This document shows, in pieces, positions 39,233 to 48,587 of a stretch of 64,000 bases of DNA. This DNA comes from Planctomycetota bacterium. GTDB lineage: Bacteria; Planctomycetota; UBA1135; UBA2386. Within the stretch, counting starts at the first letter, position 1, and the number at the start of each line of letters is the position of its first letter. The DNA lies in NCBI GenBank assembly GCA_046290465.1, contig JBKAGP010000001.1, positions 3,712,001 to 3,776,000 of the forward strand. Direction: 5' to 3'. A model generated the notes under the pieces. It was not told where the DNA came from and ran no database searches. It was given only the letters and a program-made list of their open reading frames with translations. Position numbers and translations under genes: made by a program.

Positions 39233-40063
39233 ATGGCCAGACGCCTGCTTCCGCTCGCGCCGCTGCTGCTCGCCGCGTGTGCAACCCCCGACGTCGAACA
39301 CACCTATCCGGTGCTGATCTTCCCGCGAACGGTCGGCTTCGACGGCAAGCTGGTCACGCCCGTGGGTCGCGTGACCAAGGGCTGGATCGACCACGCGAAG
39401 TCGCCGGAGACCGACCTGGTGCAGTTCTGGCTGCGCGAGTCGTTCTACGTCGGCGACTGGGCGTGGCACCCGTTCTTCCTCGCGTACGACCACCAGCAGA
39501 ACCGCTGGGAACAGTGGGAGGTATGGGCCGGTGACCAGTTCGGCTACTACTCCGAGGAGCGCCAGCAGACGCTGCGCAGCACCGGCAGCGAAGACGTCGA
39601 GGTGCCGTTCGCGCACAACCAGACCGGCGCGGTGCGCAACTGGGCGCCGATGACCTACATCGACGAACGTCCGAGCGAGGCGCTCGCCGCCGAGTTCACC
39701 GGCGCCGACGCGCGACGCCTGATCGAGGTGCTGCGGCGCCCGAAGGACTACCCGCACCACGACGGCTACCTGATCTGGCCCGGCCCCAACAGCAACGGCT
39801 ACGCGCGCTGGGTGCTCGCCGAGGCCGGGGTGTCGGTCGACCTCGACCCGAAGATGATCGGCAAGGACTGGCTCGGGCCGCTGGGCATCTCGGCCGGCCT
39901 GACGCCGACGCGCACCGGCCTGCACGTCGACGCCCTGTCGCTCGGCGTCGCGATCGGGCTGCTCGACGGCATCGAACTGCACCTGCTCGGCGCGACCTTC
40001 GGCGTCGACCTGTGGCCGCCGGCGCTGAAGACGCCGTTCGGCCGGCTCGGCTTCGCCGAGTGA
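39233..40063 (+). CDS. Lipoprotein, DUF3750-like
   Basis: LLLAAC lipobox; W-HPF, RWE, Y-IWPGPNSN and IGKDW. Confidence 0.7.
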   Translation: MARRLLPLAPLLLAACATPDVEHTYPVLIFPRTVGFDGKLVTPVGRVTKGWIDHAKSPETDLVQFWLRESFYVGDWAWHPFFLAYDHQQNRWEQWEVWAGDQFGYYSEERQQTLRSTGSEDVEVPFAHNQTGAVRNWAPMTYIDERPSEALAAEFTGADARRLIEVLRRPKDYPHHDGYLIWPGPNSNGYARWVLAEAGVSVDLDPKMIGKDWLGPLGISAGLTPTRTGLHVDALSLGVAIGLLDGIELHLLGATFGVDLWPPALKTPFGRLGFAE

Positions 40064-40066
40064 GCG

Positions 40067-41020
40067 CTACGCGAGCTGCTGCTGGCCGGTGCGCAGACGG
40101 TCGGCCAGCAGGTGGCAGGTCACGACCACGCTGACGATCGCCAGCGCCGGAAACAGCCACAGGTGCCAGGCGCCCTCGGCGGCGTGCTCGCTGCCCTGGC
40201 GCAGCATCGTGCCCCACGAGCTGACCGCGTTGGGGCCGATGCCGAGGAACGACAGCGTCGACTCGGCGACGATCGCCGCGGCCAGACAGAACGCCGCGGT
40301 CACCCCGACCTGGCTCAGCAGCTGCGGCAGCAGGTGGCGCACGATCAGCTTCCAGGTCGGCACGCCGAGGCCGCGCGCGACCATCACGAAGTCCCGTTCG
40401 CGCAGCGACAGCAGTTCGCCGCGCACGATCCGCGCGAAGCTCATCCAGAACAACAGCGCCATCGCGAGGCTCAGCCCGACCGCCGACGAGCCGAAGAACG
40501 CGGCCGAGAACAGCAGGAACAGCATGCTCGGAAAGCACACGAACAGCTCGATCAGGCGCTGCACCAGCACGTCGACCACGCCGCGCGCGTAGCCGGCCCA
40601 GATCCCGAGCAGGGTGCCGACGAACATCGCGAGCAACACCGCGGGCAGGCCGATGCCGACTGCCGTGCCGGCACCGTGCACGATCCGCGCCAGCACGTCG
40701 CGACCGGTGTCGTCGCTGCCCAACGGGTGCGCTCCGGTCGGGCCTTCCTGGAAGCGCGACGCGTCGGTCTCGAGCGGCCCGTAGGGCCACGGCGGCATCC
40801 AGGCCCAGTCGTCGCCGTCGCCGTCCAGCCGCGACCACCACTGCTTCCAGCTCAGGTCGTCCGGACCGGGCGGCGGGTCTCCGACCAGGTCGGCGAACGC
40901 CGGCCAGCTCAGTTCGCCGTCGACCTCGGCGACCAGCGGCACGTCGTTGGCGACGATCGGCGCCAGCATGCCGACGAGCAGCACCACCGCGACGAACGTC
41001 CACGGCAGCCAGCGGCGCAC
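40067..41020 (-). CDS. Peptide ABC transporter permease (OppC/DppC)
   Basis: HPLGSDDTGRDV, EAA-like loop, ESTLSFLG and SWG. Confidence 0.92.
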   Translation of the reverse strand: MRRWLPWTFVAVVLLVGMLAPIVANDVPLVAEVDGELSWPAFADLVGDPPPGPDDLSWKQWWSRLDGDGDDWAWMPPWPYGPLETDASRFQEGPTGAHPLGSDDTGRDVLARIVHGAGTAVGIGLPAVLLAMFVGTLLGIWAGYARGVVDVLVQRLIELFVCFPSMLFLLFSAAFFGSSAVGLSLAMALLFWMSFARIVRGELLSLRERDFVMVARGLGVPTWKLIVRHLLPQLLSQVGVTAAFCLAAAIVAESTLSFLGIGPNAVSSWGTMLRQGSEHAAEGAWHLWLFPALAIVSVVVTCHLLADRLRTGQQQLA

Positions 41021-41046
41021 GCGGCCGCGTCTGTCGTTGGCGCCGC

Positions 41047-42066
41047 TCAATCCGTCAGCCTCACGCGCGCGTCGACCAGCCGGTGCAGCACGTCGGACAA
41101 CAGCAGCGCCAGCAGCGTGACCACCGACGTCAGCAGCACCAGCGCCATCACCATCGCCTGGTCGAGCCCGACGACGGCGGCGAACGCCAGGTGGCCGAGG
41201 CCGTCCAGCGCGAACAGGTTCTCGACCACGATCGAGCCGCCGACGAGCATCGGCAGCAGCCCGCCGGCGAGGGTCGCGACCGGCGTCGCGCCGTGGCGCA
41301 GCAGGCGGCGGCCGACGACGCGCCGGTCGACGCCGAGCGCGCGCAGGCTGGTCATGAACGGCGCCACCGACGCGCGCGCCACCGCGTCGCGCACGAAGCG
41401 CGTCACCATCACCAGCGGCCCGATCGTCATCACCAGCACCGGCAGCGTCAGGTGGTGCACGAAGTCCAGCAGCTGCCAGAAGAACGTCCACTGCTCGGCG
41501 CCGTTGGAGCGCAGCCCGCTGATCGGAAACCACTGCACCCACAGTACGCTGAACGCGAGCAGCAGCAGCGTCGCCATCAGGAACTCCGGCACGCCGGCGA
41601 GCATCAGCATCGCGACCGACCAGAACCGTTCGCGGCGGCGACCGGCGCGACGTCCGAGCCAGACCCCGAGCGGCAGCCCGACGCCGACCGCCAGCAGCAT
41701 GCTGAGCCCGCCGAGCAGCATCGTCACCGGCACCGCCTCGCCGAGCCGCCGCCACAGCGCGCGGTTGTCCTCACCGGGGCCGGCCAGTTGCAGGGTCGCG
41801 GCGTTGCCCAGCCACGCGGCGTAGCGCCGCCACAGCGGGTACGGTTCGAGCGTCTCCGCGTCGATCAGGCCGTAGCGGATGCGCAGCCGCTGCACCGCTT
41901 CGTCGCGTCGCTTCGCGTCCGCGTACGAACCCGACTCCGACGCCACGGTCGCCTCGATCTCGGCGCGGTCGATCGGCGACCGGTCGAGCACGAAGAACGT
42001 GACGAAGGTGACGCCGAGCAGCGTCAGCATCAGCCACAGCAGGCGGATCAGGAACCAGCGCCCCAT
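41047..42066 (-). CDS. Peptide ABC transporter permease (OppB/DppB)
   Basis: HLTLP, GSIVVENLF and GLG motifs. Confidence 0.92.
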   Translation of the reverse strand: MGRWFLIRLLWLMLTLLGVTFVTFFVLDRSPIDRAEIEATVASESGSYADAKRRDEAVQRLRIRYGLIDAETLEPYPLWRRYAAWLGNAATLQLAGPGEDNRALWRRLGEAVPVTMLLGGLSMLLAVGVGLPLGVWLGRRAGRRRERFWSVAMLMLAGVPEFLMATLLLLAFSVLWVQWFPISGLRSNGAEQWTFFWQLLDFVHHLTLPVLVMTIGPLVMVTRFVRDAVARASVAPFMTSLRALGVDRRVVGRRLLRHGATPVATLAGGLLPMLVGGSIVVENLFALDGLGHLAFAAVVGLDQAMVMALVLLTSVVTLLALLLSDVLHRLVDARVRLTD

Positions 42067-42072
42067 CGCTTC

Positions 42073-42858
42073 TCAGGCCGACACGATCACCGACAGGATC
42101 GCCTTGCGCGTGTCGAGCCAGCACTGCCACGGGTCCGAGCCGCGCTCGTGCTCGAGCGTCAGGATCGGGATCTGCAGCGTGCGGCCGATCCACGAACCGA
42201 GCGAGCCCGGCGTCGGCGCGATCTTGTCCGACGGCTTGACCCGGTAGCCGGAGTGCTGCGAGAACAGTTCGGCGTGCTGGACCGCCGGCCCGTCGTAGTT
42301 GATGAAGTGGTCGTTGCGCCAGCTGTGCGCGACAATCACCAGGTGCGGACGTTCGGCGCGCACCAGGTCGTGCAGCGCGCGGGCCTCCGGCTGGTCGAGC
42401 GGCCGCTGGCCGTAGGCGCGACCGGGCAGGAAGTTGCTCGCCGGGTAGTTGCGGTTGAGGTCGATGCCCTGCGCGTTGCCGCGCGTGCCGTGCGCGGTGC
42501 CGTCCGGGTTGACGTCCTCGAGGATCGTCAGCGTCACTTGCTCGAGCGCGCCCGGGAACGCCGCGAACGCGCTCGGCAGCTCCGCGGTCGAGACCGAGCC
42601 TTCGCGTTCGTTGCCGTGGATGCCGCCGACCCAGATCACGCGGCGTGGGCCGTTGCCGATCCGACGGATGCGCAGCGGCCGGCCCTCGCGGCTCTGGCCG
42701 ATCGTCTGCCACGGCGACGGCTGCGCGATCGCGCGCGGCACCGAAGCGTCGGCGACATCGCGCGATGCCGACGAGTCCTGTGCCTTCCAGTCCGCGTTGC
42801 GCGGGTGGAACCCGACACAACCGGTCAACAACGCCGCCACGACGATCACCCACCGCAT
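42073..42858 (-). CDS. M14 family zinc peptidase, murein peptide amidase A (MpaA)-like lipoprotein
   Basis: LLTGC lipobox; GIHGNE, NPDG, DLNRNYP, PEARA, HS and TLE. Confidence 0.85.
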   Translation of the reverse strand: MRWVIVVAALLTGCVGFHPRNADWKAQDSSASRDVADASVPRAIAQPSPWQTIGQSREGRPLRIRRIGNGPRRVIWVGGIHGNEREGSVSTAELPSAFAAFPGALEQVTLTILEDVNPDGTAHGTRGNAQGIDLNRNYPASNFLPGRAYGQRPLDQPEARALHDLVRAERPHLVIVAHSWRNDHFINYDGPAVQHAELFSQHSGYRVKPSDKIAPTPGSLGSWIGRTLQIPILTLEHERGSDPWQCWLDTRKAILSVIVSA

Positions 42859-42927
42859 GGCTGCGAACGATAGCCGACTTCACTCGCGGAGCCATCCTGA
42901 CGATGAGGCAAGCAGCCAGGAACCTGC

Positions 42928-43311
42928 ATGCCCGACCAAGCGACCATCCAGCGCATCGACGCCGCGATCTCGTTCGCCGGCCTGCTGATCCGCGTCGGCG
43001 CCTACGCCGTGGTCGGCGGCTTCGCCAGCCACTACGCGTGCGGCCAGGCGATCCTCACCGGCCTGTTCCTCGGCGACCTCGCCGCCAGCGTGCTCCGGGT
43101 GTTCGTGCAGCCGCGCGAGCACCTGGCGCAGTTCTTCGCCGAACTGCTGGTGCTGGCCGTGGTCTTCCTGTGGGCGCGCGGCGACCTGGTCTGGCCGGCC
43201 GACACGCCGACCCGGGCGATCATCGGGCTGGCCGCGTTCGGGGTTTTTGCCGGGCGCGCGGGAGGAACGACCCTGACCCGGTTCGGGCCGAGCGAAGACG
43301 GCTTCGCGTAG
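42928..43311 (+). CDS. Hypothetical membrane protein
   Basis: Four hydrophobic segments, genome-like codon use. Confidence 0.65.
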   Translation: MPDQATIQRIDAAISFAGLLIRVGAYAVVGGFASHYACGQAILTGLFLGDLAASVLRVFVQPREHLAQFFAELLVLAVVFLWARGDLVWPADTPTRAIIGLAAFGVFAGRAGGTTLTRFGPSEDGFA

Positions 43312-43422
43312 CGGGCGACCGCCGGTCGCGTGATCCCTGGGCCGCGGGGTTTTCGTTGGCCGTTCGGCGCCAGACGACGCCGGGTGCAGACCGGGCCCGA
43401 TCCGAGGGCCCGCATTCGCACC

Positions 43423-44177
43423 ATGACCCAATCGCAGACCCCGCTTCCCCTCCTGCGCGACGCGAGCGGCGGCGCCCTGCCGACCACCAACGACGCGGTG
43501 ATGGTCGTCGGCACGCCGGGCAACTGGAGCTTCCCGGTCCGCGAGGGCGAGCCGATCGCGATCCCGCCGTCGGCCAACGGCACCTGGGTCGCCGGCAACG
43601 TCACCGGCACGACCAACGTCAACGCGAACGGCCAACTGCTGTTCAACCAGAGCGCCGACGACGGCACCGGCAGCACCAGCACCGGCGGCGCCTTCAGCGG
43701 CTCGGCCGGCAGCCCGATCTGGTTCGACCACGCGGGCGACTTCGTGTTCCGCCAGTCGATCGACAACAACGTCGAGGCCGCGATCGTCAAGGTGCAAGCG
43801 GCGTGCTGGCGGCGACGCCGAGCACCATCTCCGAGGCGAACGGAGGCACCCAGACGTTTGCGATCGACGCGGGCGCGGCGCACGCCGGAGACCTCTACGC
43901 CGTCATCGGCACGGCCAGCGGCACCACGCCCGGCACCGTCGTGCCGCTCGGCCCGCTGACGATCCCGCTCAACTTCGACGCCTACACCGACCTCACGGTC
44001 GCGCTGTTCAACACGTCGGTGTTCAGCAACACGCTGTCGGTGCTCGACGCCAACGGCCGCGCCACCGCGGCGCTCAACCTGCCGGCCGGCACGCTGCTCC
44101 ACCACGCGGTCGTCGGCCTCGACTTCACGCTGAGCGAGACGTTCGTCAGCGAACCGGCGACGGTCAATATCTTCTAG
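43423..44177 (+). pseudogene. Frameshifted fragment of a secreted beta-rich protein
   Basis: Coding-like frame switches near 43795; no signal peptide; second half resembles a C-terminal domain. Confidence 0.6.
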
Positions 44178-44207
44178 ACCGGCGCCCCCCGGGTGGGATC
44201 GGGTCGG

Positions 44208-44245
44208 CTCGATCTGGCCGACTCGATCTGGCCGACTCGATCTGG
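44208..44245 (+). repeat. 14-bp tandem repeat (CTCGATCTGGCCGA) x~2.7
   Basis: Units start at 44208, 44222 and 44236. Confidence 0.8.
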
Positions 44246-44316
44246 GCGGGCGATCCGCCCGCCCCACCGCGCGGATACACCCTGGAAACAGCGTGCGCGC
44301 TAGCGTGCAGCGCACG

Positions 44317-45651
44317 ATGCTGATCCAACGACCTCTCGTCGCGCTCGCATGTGGCGCGACCACGCTCTCTCTCGCGACCGCCCAGGGCGCGAACTTCGCC
44401 GCGCCGGTGATGATCCAGGCCGGCGACAAGGTCTGCGGCAAGGGCCGCATGTACCCGTCGCCAGCCGCCTACGACATCGACCGCGACGGCAAGCTCGACC
44501 TCGTCGTCGGCGACCTGCGCGGCCACCTGACCTACGCCCGCCAGACCGGCCCCGGCGCGTTCGCCGCCGAGCAGAAGCTCCAGGACGCCGCCGGCAAGGT
44601 GCTCGACTTCGGCAACTGGTGATGCATCGGCATGAGTCCACAGTTCGTGGACTTCAACGCCGACGGCCACGACGACATCGTCTGCGGCATCTTCGACGGT
44701 TCGCCACACGTCAGCTACTGGGACGCCGAAGCCGGCGGCTTCCTGCAACCGGTCGGCATCCTCGACAAGCAGGGCCAGCGCATCGTGCTGAACGCGTGGT
44801 GGAACTTCGACGCCAAGCAGTGGCAAGACACCGACCGCTGTGACCCGGAGGGCGGCGCGCCGGCCGAGGGCCACCTGACCTCGGCGATCGCGTTCGACTA
44901 CGACCGCGACGGCGACTGGGACCTGGTGCTCGGCGACCACAAGGGCGGCTACGTCTACTTGCGCCGCAACGAGGGCAGCAACGCGGCGCCGAAGTTCGCG
45001 ACCCGCAACGAGCTGGTGATGGCCGCCGGCAAGCCGATGCACGACCCCGGCACCGTCGCGACGATCCGCGCGGTCGACTGGAACGGCGACGGCAAGCTCG
45101 ACCTGATGGTGTCCGGCATGGGCGACCCCTACGGCGAAGGCACCGGCGGCGGCGTCGCGGTCTACCTCGACGAGAGCACCTCGGGCGACAAGAGCTTCGG
45201 CGCCGCGGTGACGCTGATCGAGCCGAGCCCGAAGGGCAGCGTCGGTGAGCCACGCCGGCCGGACGCCGGCCTGCACCCGGAGCCGGTCGACCTCGACGGC
45301 GACGGCGACCTCGACCTGATCGTCGGCGGCTACTCGATGTGGAAGCCGAACGCCCGCGAGCTGAGCGACGCCGAGAAGGCGCGCGCCGAGGAGCTGCAGC
45401 AGAAGCTGAGCGAACTGCGCGCCGAGAGCAGCAAGCTCTACGAGCAGGCGAGCAAGGCCAGGGAAGGCCTGACCGGCGAGGCGGCGCAGCAGGCGTTCGC
45501 GAAGGCCTACGAGCAGATCCGTCCGCAGATGGCCAAGGTGACCAGCCAACTGCAGCCGCTGCAGAAGGAGCTCGACAAGCTGCAGCCGCGGCCGCAGCGG
45601 GTGTCGTTCACGTGGTTCTACGAGAACCTGGCCAAGACCGGGACGCGGTAG
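44317..45651 (+). CDS. Secreted FG-GAP repeat protein, probable selenoprotein (UGA at 44620-44622 read as Sec); otherwise two ORFs 44317-44622 and 44632-45651
   Basis: Both halves in one frame joined by TGG TGA TGC; FG-GAP repeats continue across the TGA; SECIS-like hairpin follows. Confidence 0.75.
44627..44663 (+). promoter_or_regulatory. Putative bacterial SECIS element
   Basis: Upper stem AGTCCAC/GTGGACT, loop AGTTC starting 19 nt after UGA, lower stem TCGGC/GCCGA. Confidence 0.65.
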
Positions 45652-45712
45652 TCGGCGGCCAGGTAGTCGGCGGCCCGGTAGTCGACCAGGTAGTCGACGA
45701 CCGGTAGCCGGA
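45647..45712. repeat. Imperfect GGTAGTCG tandem array (5 units) between convergent genes
   Basis: GGTAG recurs five times at 12-15 nt spacing; first unit holds the upstream stop codon. Confidence 0.7.
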
Positions 45713-45715
45713 CCG

Positions 45716-46720
45716 TCAGATCCCGTAGCGGCACGGGTCCTCGGGATCGATCACGAACGTCGCCATGCTCGTGATCCACGCCGAGCCGGTGATCTCCGGA
45801 ACGACCGCGTCGTGCTCGCCGACCCTGGTGGTCTCGAGCACGCGCGCCCGGAACCGGGTGCCGAGCACGCTGTCGCTGTCGAACCACTCGCCGACGCCGA
45901 GCTCGCCCTTGGCGTGCAGGACCGCGAGCTTGGCCGACGTGCCGGTGCCGCACGGCGAACGGTCGTAGGCGGTGCCCGGGCACAACGTCAGCGAGCGCGC
46001 GCCGGGACGTTCGCCGTCGAGCGGCACGAACAGCTTGATGTGGTCGACGATCTCCTCCTCGCCGACGTCCGGGTGCACGCCGCGGATGCCCTCGCGCACC
46101 ATCGATTCGCGGATCGCGGTCGCCGCCTGCATCAGCACCGGCAGGTGCGCCTTCTCGACCATCAGCCCGAGCTGGTCCGCCTCGACGAACGCAAACCAGT
46201 TGCCGCCGTAGGCGATGTCCGCCGCGATCTTACCGAAGCCGTGCACCGGCACGACGACGCGCTGGCGGTAGAGGAACGACGGCACGTTGGTGATCGTGAC
46301 GCTCCTGGGCCGGCCCGCCTCGACCTCGACCTTGCACTCGACCACGCCGACGGTCGTGTCGAGCCGGATCGTCGTGGTGGGCTCCACCGCCGGCACCATG
46401 CCCATCGCGACCGCCGTGGTCGCCAGGCCGATCGCGCCGTGGCCGCACATGCCGAGGTAGCCGGCATCGTTGACGAACACGACCCCGAGGTCGGCGTTGT
46501 CGCGCGTCGGCGGCAGCAGGTAGGCGACGATGATCGCGTCGTGGCCGCGCGGCTCGAGCACCAGCGCACGGCGCAGATGGTCGTGATCGCGCCGCAGCAC
46601 GTCGCGCTTCTCGGCCATCGTCCTGCCCGGGATCTGCGGCAGGCCGCCGGTTACGACGCGCGTCGGTTCGCCCGCAGTGTGCGAGTCGACCGCCTGGATC
46701 ATCTGCTCGAAGGACAGCAT
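45716..46720 (-). CDS. Proline racemase / hydroxyproline epimerase family protein
   Basis: DSHTAGEPTR, EPRGH and catalytic MCGH and DRSPCGTGT. Confidence 0.95.
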   Translation of the reverse strand: MLSFEQMIQAVDSHTAGEPTRVVTGGLPQIPGRTMAEKRDVLRRDHDHLRRALVLEPRGHDAIIVAYLLPPTRDNADLGVVFVNDAGYLGMCGHGAIGLATTAVAMGMVPAVEPTTTIRLDTTVGVVECKVEVEAGRPRSVTITNVPSFLYRQRVVVPVHGFGKIAADIAYGGNWFAFVEADQLGLMVEKAHLPVLMQAATAIRESMVREGIRGVHPDVGEEEIVDHIKLFVPLDGERPGARSLTLCPGTAYDRSPCGTGTSAKLAVLHAKGELGVGEWFDSDSVLGTRFRARVLETTRVGEHDAVVPEITGSAWITSMATFVIDPEDPCRYGI

Positions 46721-46743
46721 GCCAGGACGTTAGCATGGCCGAC

Positions 46744-47367
46744 ATGAAGAGAGCCCTGCTGTCCCTCTCCCCTCTGGTCGCCGGCGTCGCGATCGCCGCG
46801 TGGCCGGCGAGCGAATACGACTTCTGCCAGCTGCAGATCACCTACTGGGACCAGAAGCAGGGCATCGTGCGCGACCGCGGCTACCTCGCGGTCGACGAGG
46901 ACACCGGCCGCACCTACAAGACCGGCCCGTGGCTGTCGTGGTTCCAGAACGGCAAGAAGCTCAGCAGCGGCGACTACCGGAACAACCTGCGGCACGGCAC
47001 CTGGACGTTCTGGTTCCAGAGCGGCCAGAAGCGCTCGGAGATGGTGTTCGCCGACGGCCGGCCGACCGGCAAGAGCACCAGCTGGCACCCGAGCGGCCAG
47101 AAGTCCGAAGAGCGCATCTACGGCGAGACCGAGCTGCGCACCGTGCAGTGGCACGAGAACGGCCAGAAGTCGAACGAGGGCGTCATGAAGGGCCAGTTCG
47201 GCTCGGCCAGGATGCACGGCGTCTGGACCCGCTGGTACCCCAACGGCCAGAAGCGCAGCGAGGCGACCTACGACGACGGCAAGCTCGACGGCGTGCAGAC
47301 GTTCTGGGACGAGCAGGGCAACGTCACCAGCAAGACCACCTGGAAGAACGGCGAGCAGATCCAGTAG
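46744..47367 (+). CDS. MORN-variant repeat (YwqK-like) protein
   Basis: Repeated G-x-W-x-x-W-x-x-NGQK-x-x-E units; N-terminal hydrophobic segment. Confidence 0.85.
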   Translation: MKRALLSLSPLVAGVAIAAWPASEYDFCQLQITYWDQKQGIVRDRGYLAVDEDTGRTYKTGPWLSWFQNGKKLSSGDYRNNLRHGTWTFWFQSGQKRSEMVFADGRPTGKSTSWHPSGQKSEERIYGETELRTVQWHENGQKSNEGVMKGQFGSARMHGVWTRWYPNGQKRSEATYDDGKLDGVQTFWDEQGNVTSKTTWKNGEQIQ

Positions 47368-47391
47368 CGGTCCGCCCGCAGCGAGCGCCGG

Positions 47392-48441
47392 CTACTTCTT
47401 CTTCTGGTAGCTCGCCTTGAAGCTCAGGAACGGATCCATGTCGCCGAACGTGCTGTGCCCCTTGCAGCTCTTGGCGTGGCCGTTCTCGTCGACGTAGATC
47501 ACGTAGCGCTGCGTCGTCGGCATGCCCATCTGCACCCCGTCCATCGTGCTGATCAGCTTGCCGTCGTGCCACCGGCACTGCATCTCGCCGATCTGGCCCA
47601 TGTTGTCGACGAACACCGCGTGCATGCACTGGTCGTGCTCGTCCCAGCCCCACAGGGCATGCGACTCGTAGGCGTCCGACGAGCCGTCGGCGTGGCCGTC
47701 GGTGCGGCCGTGCATCGCCGTCCCGCCGAACACCATCTGCCACGAGTCGGTGCCGTGGATGCCGGTCGACGGCATGCCCGGCGCCATCATCATCTCGCCC
47801 TCGGTCGCGTAGGTGCCGGCCATGCGCGCGAGGCCCTTCATGCCGGCGCCCGGCTTGGCGCCCATCCACGGCGCCGTGCTCCAGTCGCCGTCGAAGCCGC
47901 CGCCGCCGCGCGCCATCGTGCAGTCGATGATCTTCATCGAGTCGCCCTCGGCCATCAGCAGGTCGATGCGCATTGTCATCTTGTCGCCGTCGATCTTGAC
48001 CCGCGCGCGCTCGTTGTAGGGCACGCCGCCCTGGTGGTGCGTCTGTACGGTCAGCATCGTGCCGTCCGGCAGGAACTGCGTCTCGTTGAGGCGCGCGACG
48101 CCCTCGTTGCTGACCATCGCCGCGAGGTAGCGACCGTGCTCGCGATCCCAGCCGATGTAGGTGCGGAACACCATCGGCACCGGCAGCCCTTCCATCTCGA
48201 TGACGAAGTCCTCCTGCACGAAGTGGCCGTTGAGCGTCCAGCGGTAGGTGCCTTTCGCGGTCCACGGCGTCTCCTGGCCGCCCGGCTCGTACATCTTGCC
48301 AGAACCCTGCCAGTTGCCGATCAGCGGCTTCAGCCGGGCGAGCTCCTTGGCGGGGCTCATGTCGTACTCCTCCTGCGCCGGCGCGACGGCGACGGCACAC
48401 AGGGCGGCAAGAACGAACGGAACGGTCTGGCGAGCGGTCAT
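47392..48441 (-). CDS. Secreted protein with tandem DUF1579-like domains
   Basis: Signal peptide; two similar halves (LIGNWQG / MAGTYAT; GWDRE / GWDEH; VSNEG / VDNMG). Confidence 0.75.
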   Translation of the reverse strand: MTARQTVPFVLAALCAVAVAPAQEEYDMSPAKELARLKPLIGNWQGSGKMYEPGGQETPWTAKGTYRWTLNGHFVQEDFVIEMEGLPVPMVFRTYIGWDREHGRYLAAMVSNEGVARLNETQFLPDGTMLTVQTHHQGGVPYNERARVKIDGDKMTMRIDLLMAEGDSMKIIDCTMARGGGGFDGDWSTAPWMGAKPGAGMKGLARMAGTYATEGEMMMAPGMPSTGIHGTDSWQMVFGGTAMHGRTDGHADGSSDAYESHALWGWDEHDQCMHAVFVDNMGQIGEMQCRWHDGKLISTMDGVQMGMPTTQRYVIYVDENGHAKSCKGHSTFGDMDPFLSFKASYQKKK

Positions 48442-48587
48442 GGTTGTGCTTGTGGGAACGGGGTCGCGGGAAGCACCCATTCGACGACCGCCCGGCCGCA
48501 GAATCGACACGACGCGCGGAAAAGGCCGGTCCGGCGGCGCCGTCGTTGAGCCAACCCGCCGCGATGGCCATACTTCGCGCCCCCGAA

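Noticed and set aside
46744..47367. Toxin-antitoxin system from the YwqK-like repeat protein
   Set aside because: No toxin gene adjacent; MORN-variant repeats alone are not diagnostic
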